From sequence record MT863726.1: a stretch of DNA of 24,000 nucleotides; one strand, written 5' to 3'. Source of the stretch: Campylobacter phage F368. Under the pieces are notes generated by a model that did not search any database, was not told the DNA's origin, and saw only the letters and a list, made by a program, of their open reading frames with translations. Below, piece after piece: positions 15,452-22,906 of the stretch (position 1 is its first letter; the number at the start of each line of letters is the position of its first letter). A program made the position numbers and the translations under genes.

Positions 15452-17098
15452 TTATTTATATTCTATTTCAGAAAACTTACCATCATTAATAATATTAACA
15501 GTAGATGTAAAATAATCTAATTGATTTTTAATTTCACTATTATGACTTATAACATACATGCTCATTAAGTCAGTATTCTTTGTTAATATTTTTAATAACT
15601 CATTTTTACCTACACTATCTAAAGAACTATCTAAAACTTCATCAAGTATAAGTAAATTACATTTTACATCAAACTTATTTCTACAAATATCTAAAAAAGC
15701 CAACATTATAGAAAATGTTAGTCTTAAAGCTTCACCATTACTCATAGATTTATATTCAAATGGTTTATTATCTTTAGTAATTGTTTCTTTTAAGTTTGAA
15801 TCTAACAAAAATGTAAAATTAAACTCATCAAACATATTTATATATTTGTTTATGGTTTTGTTTATAAATGGTAAGTGCATATTTAAAAATGCACCTTTTA
15901 AATTGTTATTATTCAATAGGATTTCAAGTTGATTTAAATTAGAAATATATGTATTGATCTCATTATACTCATTTGAAACTTCTTGTAATTCCTTTTCATT
16001 TAAAATAATATCATCATTAGATGGTTTTTCTATGTGTTCTACTTTGCTTTTTTCTAATAAATCTTCATATACTTTTTTATTTTCTATTGATGGTTTTAAT
16101 TCTAACATTTTTGTATATATATCATCTTTGTTTTTAATATATACTTCATTTTCATTTTGTAATACTTCTAATTGTTTTAATAAATCATCATGATTAGAAA
16201 CATCAATATTGCTTGGAATAATTTGTTTTAACTTCTCACAACCTTTACACATTTTATATTTTTCCATTAATTGTAAAGCTGATTTTTGCTCATTTATAAT
16301 TTTTAACAAATCATTTATTTTATTAGAAGGGTCCTGTGTTAATATATTGTCATATTGTGTTTTTAACTCTTTTAGTTTTTCAACCTTTCCAGATTCTTCT
16401 TTAATTTTATTTTCAATTTCATTAATATTATTATTTTTATTTTCTATATAGTCATTATAAGCTTTTAAATCATATTCGTATTTTATTTTTGCTTTTGATA
16501 TAACATCTTGCAAAGTGTTTATTTTAAATAATGTATTTGTTTGTATAGTAGTTTTTTCTTTTTTTAAAAGTTTTATTTTTTCAGTAAGTTCTAAAAATGT
16601 AGCAGTATCAGAAAGTATAGCAAATACATCTTCTTTTTCTTTTTTAGATAACCTTACAAATGATTGACTTAACAAATCTCCACCTAAATATATAAGATTT
16701 CTAAAAGCTTGTTCTGTAAATTTTAATATATTATTTTCTAAAAATTCTTGATACGCTGAATTTGTGCTTAATAATGGTATTAATTCATTATTTTTGTATA
16801 TTTCAAAAATGCTAGGATTAGTCCCTCTTTTAATTGTGAACTCATCTCCATTAATATTCATTTCAACTTCAACATACATTCCTTTTTTATTGATATTATT
16901 AACAAGTGATCCTATTGTCTTACCATTATATGTTTTACCAAAAAGACAATAATGTAATGCTAAAAATAAGCTTGATTTTCCAGCACCATTTTTACCTGTT
17001 ACCAAATGAATACCATTAGTAAATTCAAATTTTGTTTTTTTGTTTCCATATTTCATAAAATTTTGTAGTGTTATAAATTTAAAATTAATGTTATTCAA
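15452..17098 (-). CDS. 46: Recombination endonuclease subunit gp46 (SbcC/Rad50-like ATPase)
   Basis: ITLQNFMKYGNK, VTGKNGAGKSSLFLALHYCLFG Walker A, SNGEALRLTFSIMLAFLD signature, NLLILDEVLDSSLD Walker B, central coiled coil with CKGC hook. Start appears to be TTG. Confidence 0.93.
   Translation of the reverse strand: MNNINFKFITLQNFMKYGNKKTKFEFTNGIHLVTGKNGAGKSSLFLALHYCLFGKTYNGKTIGSLVNNINKKGMYVEVEMNINGDEFTIKRGTNPSIFEIYKNNELIPLLSTNSAYQEFLENNILKFTEQAFRNLIYLGGDLLSQSFVRLSKKEKEDVFAILSDTATFLELTEKIKLLKKEKTTIQTNTLFKINTLQDVISKAKIKYEYDLKAYNDYIENKNNNINEIENKIKEESGKVEKLKELKTQYDNILTQDPSNKINDLLKIINEQKSALQLMEKYKMCKGCEKLKQIIPSNIDVSNHDDLLKQLEVLQNENEVYIKNKDDIYTKMLELKPSIENKKVYEDLLEKSKVEHIEKPSNDDIILNEKELQEVSNEYNEINTYISNLNQLEILLNNNNLKGAFLNMHLPFINKTINKYINMFDEFNFTFLLDSNLKETITKDNKPFEYKSMSNGEALRLTFSIMLAFLDICRNKFDVKCNLLILDEVLDSSLDSVGKNELLKILTKNTDLMSMYVISHNSEIKNQLDYFTSTVNIINDGKFSEIEYK
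15453..15460 (-). promoter_or_regulatory. T4-type late promoter box TATAAATA for the tail fibre operon
   Basis: Minus strand GAATATAAATAATG, inside the 3' end of gp46, 25 nt upstream of ATG 15428. Confidence 0.6.
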
Positions 17099-17117
17099 TT
17101 CTTTCCTTTCAAAGATA

Positions 17118-17141
17118 AAATGAGTGATTAATCACTCATTT
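17118..17141 (-). terminator. Palindrome / weak terminator-like hairpin AAATGAGTGATTAATCACTCATTT followed by T-rich run
   Basis: 24-nt perfect palindrome between 17140..17460 and gp46; minus strand continues TTATCTTT. An operator function is an alternative. Confidence 0.45.
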
Positions 17142-17460
17142 AGCTTTTAAATACATAATAATCATCATCTTCATAGACTAAGACACCATCATTTATAGCT
17201 CTTTGTTTTGCATCATCTAGATCTGAATCATCATCTTCCATATCAAAATATCCAAGATTTTCCAATTCATTTTTTAACTCATCTTCACCTTCTGCAACTG
17301 AAAAATCAGACATAATAGCAATTGGATCAAATTCAATCTGTTCACCAATATCATCTTCTAGTTGTGTTATATAGTCGAAAAGAACATCTGAAGCACCATA
17401 ACTTAGCCCTTGTTTTTGCATTCTTTCTTGGAACATATTTTTATCAACATTAATAATCAT
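17140..17460 (-). CDS. Small acidic hypothetical protein between gp47 and gp46
   Basis: ORF with SD (AAAGGAAAAACA) and consensus promoter; many D/E residues. Confidence 0.7.
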   Translation of the reverse strand: MIINVDKNMFQERMQKQGLSYGASDVLFDYITQLEDDIGEQIEFDPIAIMSDFSVAEGEDELKNELENLGYFDMEDDDSDLDDAKQRAINDGVLVYEDDDYYVFKS

Positions 17461-17489
17461 TGTTTTTCCTTTAGTTTTGATTTATAAAA

Positions 17490-17521
17490 ATTATATCACA
17501 GTTTTCTTAATTTAAGCTTAA
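17490..17521 (-). promoter_or_regulatory. Promoter TTAAG-N6-TTAAG-N10-TATAAT (TGA TATAAT)
   Basis: Minus strand ATTAAGCTTAAATTAAGAAAACTGTGATATAAT overlapping the gp47 stop codon. Confidence 0.75.
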
Positions 17522-18513
17522 TTATTTATAACATCATTCAATACTGACTCTAAATGCCTATGTTCTTTCAAAATATATTCTTTTATAAAATCTAATGACT
17601 CGGCAACAGAGTTATTTAAACTAACAGATTCATATAACTTTTCTTCTTCATATTTGTAGAATACCTTGCTTATTCTTGCCCTAGCACCAAAATATTCTAA
17701 TATTTTATCTTCTTTTTCATTTTTTTCTTCAAGTATTATTTTTCCTACTTTACAAAAATCAGGAAAGTTGCCAGTAAATAACTCAGGTTCATCTTTATAC
17801 TGCAAGATTATTTTATCTTTTAAAACAGTAACAGTAAAATGTCGCCTATCCCAAGTATTTTCTACAAACTCTTCTTCTAAGTTTTCATTTAACAAAATTA
17901 TACCAGGTACAGAATTAATCTCATTAAAAGTCATCTGATAAGGTGTTCCTATATAAACATTATTTTGGTTAAAATGATAATGTCCCATATAAACTTTTTT
18001 ATATTTTGAATTGTCAATGTTTAATCCTTCTTCAGCAATACTTGTATGATTATATTTAAATCCTTTTAATTCAGCATGACCTAGTAATATATCACATTCT
18101 TTTAGTAACTCTTCATCACCACATAACCATGGAGATATTCCTATTTTGTATTTGCCAAAAACATGATATGATGGTTCTTTAATATATTTTATTCCAAGTA
18201 AATCAGCAAATAACTCACTTGAAACAATATCTCTATTATCTCTGTTATACATATCATGATTTCCAGCAAATGTATAAAAATCAAACCCTTCAAATATAGT
18301 TTTAAATCTAGTTGATAAAGTATGTAATAATTTTAAATCAATTAATTTTCTATTATCAAACATATCACCTAATTGATATATTGTACTACAACCTTTTTCT
18401 TTTAAAATGTCTCTATATTTTTCTAGAGAATTTAATTGTACTTCAAGAATATCATGATCAAAACCTTTACACCCAAAATGTAAGTCCCCCATTAAAGCTA
18501 TCAATTTTCCCAT
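17518..18513 (-). CDS. 47: Recombination endonuclease subunit gp47 (SbcD/Mre11-like)
   Basis: GDLHFGCKG, YQLGDMFDNRK, FYTFAGNHDMYNRDN, ILLGHAE, MGHYHFN metallophosphatase motifs. Confidence 0.93.
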   Translation of the reverse strand: MGKLIALMGDLHFGCKGFDHDILEVQLNSLEKYRDILKEKGCSTIYQLGDMFDNRKLIDLKLLHTLSTRFKTIFEGFDFYTFAGNHDMYNRDNRDIVSSELFADLLGIKYIKEPSYHVFGKYKIGISPWLCGDEELLKECDILLGHAELKGFKYNHTSIAEEGLNIDNSKYKKVYMGHYHFNQNNVYIGTPYQMTFNEINSVPGIILLNENLEEEFVENTWDRRHFTVTVLKDKIILQYKDEPELFTGNFPDFCKVGKIILEEKNEKEDKILEYFGARARISKVFYKYEEEKLYESVSLNNSVAESLDFIKEYILKEHRHLESVLNDVINN

Positions 18514-18529
18514 ATATCTAACTCACTTT

Positions 18530-19369
18530 CTACTGTCTTTTTCTCTTTTTAGGAAAACTAGGAACATATATATTTCTAAACTTCATGATATCTAATGTTT
18601 TAAAGTTTTTCCCAGCAATTTTGTTATACTCATCAGTTTTTAATAAATAGTCATGATGATATATCATTTTTACTGTTTTATTATTGTCAATATCTTTCAA
18701 AATATCCCATAGTGTATTAGATTGAATAATATTTTCATTTACAATAAAATATCTTTTTGAAGTGTCAAGATTTAAATCAGTTTCAACTTTTTTATTAATA
18801 TCTTCTACAATATACAGTTTATTATCTATAGCAACAATAGGATATATTTCTACATCATATTTTATATTTTCATCATCAGTTTTATAACAGCATGTATATT
18901 CTTTCTGTTCCAATCGTAATTCTAATTCTGTGTAATCAGCATAATAGTTTTTTAACAGTTCCTGCTCAGCTTTTCTTTCATTTATAACTTGTATTATGCT
19001 ATTAACTATTATTTGAGTACAATATGCAAAAGCTTTAACTGGTTCTTTGGATATTTTTGAAACTTTATTAGCATCAAAATTAGGGATTACATATAACATT
19101 AGTTTTTCAGTAGCATTTGAATAAAAATCATCTTTATATGTATATCCACTGAATTTAGGCATGGTTAATATGTGTTTTATTAGAAGCAAACACATTTCAC
19201 CAAATCTTGTTTTTTTATAATGTTCAGATATCCCTTCTTCTCTTAATTTCTCTATTTGTTGAATGTCATCATCTGTTTTATTTTCTATTTTTAGTAACTC
19301 TTTTAGTTTTTCAACCTTTTGCAATTTTATAATTTCATCTCTTAAATCTTCTTCCTTTAAGTAGTCCAT
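18530..19369 (-). CDS. 55: Late sigma factor (T4 gp55-like)
   Basis: FSGYTYKDDFYSNATEKLMLYVIPNFDANK...EPVKAFAYCTQIIVNSIIQVINERKAEQ resembles gp55; gene order 55-47-46 as in T4-like phages. Confidence 0.78.
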   Translation of the reverse strand: MDYLKEEDLRDEIIKLQKVEKLKELLKIENKTDDDIQQIEKLREEGISEHYKKTRFGEMCLLLIKHILTMPKFSGYTYKDDFYSNATEKLMLYVIPNFDANKVSKISKEPVKAFAYCTQIIVNSIIQVINERKAEQELLKNYYADYTELELRLEQKEYTCCYKTDDENIKYDVEIYPIVAIDNKLYIVEDINKKVETDLNLDTSKRYFIVNENIIQSNTLWDILKDIDNNKTVKMIYHHDYLLKTDEYNKIAGKNFKTLDIMKFRNIYVPSFPKKRKRQ

Positions 19370-19389
19370 ATAATTCCTTTTTATTTTAT

Positions 19390-19422
19390 TATAACATATA
19401 ATAACTTAAAGTCATCTTAATA
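19390..19422 (-). promoter_or_regulatory. Promoter TTAAG-N6-TTAAG-N11-TATAAT (TGT TATAAT) for gp55
   Basis: Minus strand TTAAGATGACTTTAAGTTATTATATGTTATAAT. Confidence 0.75.
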
Positions 19423-19426
19423 AATA

Positions 19427-19434
19427 TAAATAAT
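19427..19434 (+). promoter_or_regulatory. T4-type late promoter box TATAAATA for the capsid gene
   Basis: AATATAAATAATATAA, box end 27 nt upstream of ATG 19461. Confidence 0.6.
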
Positions 19435-19460
19435 ATAATATACTTAAATAAAGGAAAGAT

Positions 19461-20423
19461 ATGAGTAAGGTTATAAATGAATCAACCACAACAGTTGATA
19501 TTGCTGGTGTTGAATTAAAACTTGCAAAATTAATATATCGTATATACACCGAATCTTTATTAAATAGAATAGGAGCAAGAATAAATGTAGCAGTTCCTAA
19601 TGGCAGTATTTTTGCTTTTAAGGGAAAATATTTAACAGATTATACTGGAACTGATAAAAGCAGCACCCCTTATGCTACTGTTTTACCTGATTTTGCTGGA
19701 AATAGAGCTAATAATCAGGAAACTGATGTAAAAGCTGAAATGAATTATGAAATTGTAAAAAGAGCAATAAACTGTCAAACTAAAAAAATAAGATCAAAAT
19801 GGTCAATAGAAGCTATTACCGATTTAGTTGCTCTTACTGGTAAAACAACTGTTGAAGATATATTAGAAAAAGAACTTTTAACAGAAATTATTCAAGAAAT
19901 TGATTTTTCAGCTTTAAAAATGATGACAACTAAGGCAACAAAAACACAATTAACATTAAAAGCACCTAATGATCCATTAGTTGGTATAGAATTATTTAAT
20001 GCAGCTCAGAAAAAAATATTGGAAATGGCTGCTTCAACCAAAAGAGCTATAACTATGTGTATTACAGCACCATATGAAACTTGCGCTAAATTGATGTCAC
20101 ATCCTAATTTTAAAGCAAATGAAGATTTCACAAATTCATATTTCATGGGATCCATAGGTGCAACAGAAATATATTGTGATTATTATAATTCTTTAAATAA
20201 AGAATATATGCTAATTTCTTATAAGCATAGAAATAAAGAAACCGAAATAGCTGATGGTTCTACTTGCTTTGCATTTTATAGTTATAATATAACAAAAGCT
20301 TTTGACGCTACAAGTGGTGCTGAATCATATTTTCATTTTTTAAGGTATGATGTAGTTCAACATCCATTAGATAATACTAATGATGGGCAATCTATTTTCT
20401 TACATTGTATTGAAATACAATAG
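19461..20423 (+). CDS. 23: Major capsid protein (T4 gp23-like)
   Basis: CQTKKIRSKWSIEAITDLVALTGKTTVEDILEKELLTEIIQEIDFSAL corresponds to the conserved gp23 ...YTLELAQDLKA.HGLDAE.EL..ILSTEI..EINRE segment. Confidence 0.78.
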   Translation: MSKVINESTTTVDIAGVELKLAKLIYRIYTESLLNRIGARINVAVPNGSIFAFKGKYLTDYTGTDKSSTPYATVLPDFAGNRANNQETDVKAEMNYEIVKRAINCQTKKIRSKWSIEAITDLVALTGKTTVEDILEKELLTEIIQEIDFSALKMMTTKATKTQLTLKAPNDPLVGIELFNAAQKKILEMAASTKRAITMCITAPYETCAKLMSHPNFKANEDFTNSYFMGSIGATEIYCDYYNSLNKEYMLISYKHRNKETEIADGSTCFAFYSYNITKAFDATSGAESYFHFLRYDVVQHPLDNTNDGQSIFLHCIEIQ

Positions 20424-20430
20424 GTAAAAT

Positions 20431-21078
20431 ATGGCTTGGAACTTAAATAATAGACAAAATGAGTATCAATTATTTGGTACTCTATCAGCAGAAATAATAG
20501 ATATGTATGGGTTTCAACTAACATATATAAAAACAACAAGATTAGGACACGATAAAGTTCTAGATGATATAATAAATTATGGGACCGAAGCAACATATCA
20601 GATATTTGCACTACCAGAAAATGCAGAAATGTTTGATGAAAGAGGGGATATATTAAATAAATTTGGTATATTTACAATGGATTCTATGAATCTTTTTATT
20701 AGTGCTAATACAATGAAAAGGATATTTCAAGATGAGTCTAAAATACCATCTGCTGTTGGTGATATATTATTGCTTCCAAGTGGGAAATATATTGAAATAA
20801 CAAGTATTGAACATCAAGTGCCTGGTGCTAATAACCAATTTACTTATTCAAATTCAAAAAATGTTTATATGCTAAGATGTAAATCATTTAATTATAATCA
20901 TGATAATATACCAACTTTAGAAGAAGTTAATAATGAAGAAGTTAATGAATCTTTAGATGAAATTTTTAATTTAGTTGGTAGTGCAGAAAACTCAAAAGAT
21001 AAAATAAAAGAAGAGCAAGATAAAGAAAGTCCTTTAGTTAAAGGAACTGATAGTGTGTTTGGTTATTTAGATAGTTAA
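20431..21078 (+). CDS. 14: Neck protein (T4 gp14-like)
   Basis: NEYQLFGTLSAEIIDMYGFQLTYIKTTR...AENAEMF...DILNKFGIFTMDSMNLFISANTMKRI fits the neck protein pattern; downstream of capsid gene. Confidence 0.6.
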   Translation: MAWNLNNRQNEYQLFGTLSAEIIDMYGFQLTYIKTTRLGHDKVLDDIINYGTEATYQIFALPENAEMFDERGDILNKFGIFTMDSMNLFISANTMKRIFQDESKIPSAVGDILLLPSGKYIEITSIEHQVPGANNQFTYSNSKNVYMLRCKSFNYNHDNIPTLEEVNNEEVNESLDEIFNLVGSAENSKDKIKEEQDKESPLVKGTDSVFGYLDS

Positions 21079-22844
21079 TCTTTTATCCAAACACCCTGAC
21101 CACAATCCCATACTTTATGATACCCATTTAATAACATGTTTTCATATTCAGTTAAATTTGGATCAAATTTCTCTAATTTATCTTTAAGTTTATGTTTCAT
21201 AAATTGTTGTCTTGAATATTTGTTGTTACCTTTAATATAAAAATAACCTGGTTTAGAAAAATGACTAAATTCGAACCCTAATTGTTTGTAAATTGATCCA
21301 TCAGAGTAAAGTCTATCTGAGTAACTTATTAATGAGCCTGGGTGATTTTTATGAAAATATTTTAATAACCTAGAGGCACCACCTATAACATTTGTGTTCT
21401 TCTTAGTGCATAATCTTATCAATTCCCAATCATAAATATTAGTGAATCTTGGCTTACCAAAGCTCATTAGGCACATCAACTCATCTTTGTAATACAACCC
21501 ATAACAAATAGAACTACCAGTACATCCTTGAAGATGATTTGTGTCCAGAAACTCTTTCTCTTCTTTTTTAGATACCTCTCTCAAAATACATTTTCTAGCC
21601 ATTATCTTCTTAGACTTCCCTAGTTTATTATTAATAATTGACTTCCAAATATCTTTTTTCTCTATCCAAGATGATTCGAATATATGTAAAAGCTGAATTC
21701 CTTTTTCTAAGCATTTATTAGTCTTATCTAAATGATAGTTCTTATCTTTACCCATTTGCTCAGAATGCCAATAATCTCCATTACATTCTATGGCTAAGTT
21801 ATGGTCTGGTAAGTAGAAGTCTAATTCTTTATCACCTAGAATCGAGTAGTCATTTTCTATATAGTTATCTAGTAATTCAGATATTTCTTTTTCAAATGAG
21901 CTAGTAGAAGGATTGCATACTGGGCATAAGATATTCCCTCTTTTAAAATGTCCGAAACTTCTTTGAAAAATGTGGCCTTCTGGGCATTCAACGGTTAAAT
22001 ATTTTGCTAAGTTTTCTGATGTAATTTTGTAACCTAATTCATTTATAACTAGCATTTTTTCATTATCTTTGCATTTTGGACAATATGTTACATTTTTACC
22101 AAAAAAATTGCTGAATGTTCTTTGAAAAATATGTCCTTTTGGACATTTAACTTCTAAACTATGCCCTAAAGACTCAGACTGAATTGTAAATCCCAACTTA
22201 CTTAAATATATTTCTTTTTTGTTTTTATCACATTCAGGACATGTAACTATACCTTTCTCAAAGGTATAGTTACATGTCCTTTTAAAAATATGTCCTTTTG
22301 GGCATTTAACCATTAAATTATAGGTTAAATCATCAGAAACAGCTTCATAACCGCATTTCCTTAGAAAGTCTAGTTTATTCTGTTTATTACAATCTGGACA
22401 TATAATATGACCATCAGTAAATTTGCTAAATTGTCGCTTAAAAGTGTGCCCACTTGGACATTCTACTAAATTATCAGATTTATATTTAAATCCTAAATTA
22501 TGAAGATGGTTTATCTTACTTTCAAGTTCACATTTTGGACATGAATATGTTCCTTTTTTAAAAACACTAAGTGCTCTTTTAAAAATATGTCCATGTTTAC
22601 ATTCTACTTCAAAGTAATCACTTTTATCTTTTGATAGTATATTATATCCTAAATTATTTAAAAATTGTGTTTTTTCTTCATCTTTACAGTTTGGGCATGT
22701 AGTATAACCTCTTTCAAATACATTAAATGCCCTTTTAAAAATGTGTCCTTTTGAACATTTAACTTCTAAATTAACTGATAGATTTTTAGATATAACTTCA
22801 TATCCTAAATTATTCAAATATGTTATTTTATCGTCATTATCCAT
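21075..22844 (-). CDS. Homing endonuclease-like protein: about six treble-clef/zinc-ribbon repeats plus PD-(D/E)XK/VSR-like nuclease and C-terminal DNA-binding-like domain
   Basis: Repeats LGY...L.V.CPKGHIFKR.F..F..G...CP.C; nuclease ELDFYLPDHNLAIECNGDYWHS; C-terminus RLYSDGSIYKQLGF...GYHKVWDCGQGVW. Confidence 0.82.
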   Translation of the reverse strand: MDNDDKITYLNNLGYEVISKNLSVNLEVKCSKGHIFKRAFNVFERGYTTCPNCKDEEKTQFLNNLGYNILSKDKSDYFEVECKHGHIFKRALSVFKKGTYSCPKCELESKINHLHNLGFKYKSDNLVECPSGHTFKRQFSKFTDGHIICPDCNKQNKLDFLRKCGYEAVSDDLTYNLMVKCPKGHIFKRTCNYTFEKGIVTCPECDKNKKEIYLSKLGFTIQSESLGHSLEVKCPKGHIFQRTFSNFFGKNVTYCPKCKDNEKMLVINELGYKITSENLAKYLTVECPEGHIFQRSFGHFKRGNILCPVCNPSTSSFEKEISELLDNYIENDYSILGDKELDFYLPDHNLAIECNGDYWHSEQMGKDKNYHLDKTNKCLEKGIQLLHIFESSWIEKKDIWKSIINNKLGKSKKIMARKCILREVSKKEEKEFLDTNHLQGCTGSSICYGLYYKDELMCLMSFGKPRFTNIYDWELIRLCTKKNTNVIGGASRLLKYFHKNHPGSLISYSDRLYSDGSIYKQLGFEFSHFSKPGYFYIKGNNKYSRQQFMKHKLKDKLEKFDPNLTEYENMLLNGYHKVWDCGQGVWIKD

Positions 22845-22872
22845 ATAATTATATCCTAAATATTTTAATACT

Positions 22873-22905
22873 ATTATAACACAGACTATATTAAACTACC
22901 CTTAA
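22873..22905 (-). promoter_or_regulatory. Promoter TTAAG-N6-TTAAT-N11-TATAAT (TGT TATAAT)
   Basis: Minus strand TTAAGGGTAGTTTAATATAGTCTGTGTTATAAT upstream of 21075..22844. Confidence 0.7.
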
Positions 22906-22906
22906 T

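Noticed and set aside
15558-16952. Plus-strand ORFs antisense to gp46 (15558..15932, 15954..16193, 16209..16451, 16764..16952)
   Set aside because: Antisense shadows of an AT-rich coiled-coil gene; low-complexity translations.
20357-20611. Minus-strand ORF 20357..20611
   Set aside because: Overlaps the capsid and neck genes in antisense; no support.
21100-22840. CRISPR-like direct repeats
   Set aside because: The roughly 140-bp periodicity comes from divergent protein-coding zinc-ribbon repeats; there are no short identical repeats with unique spacers anywhere in the window.
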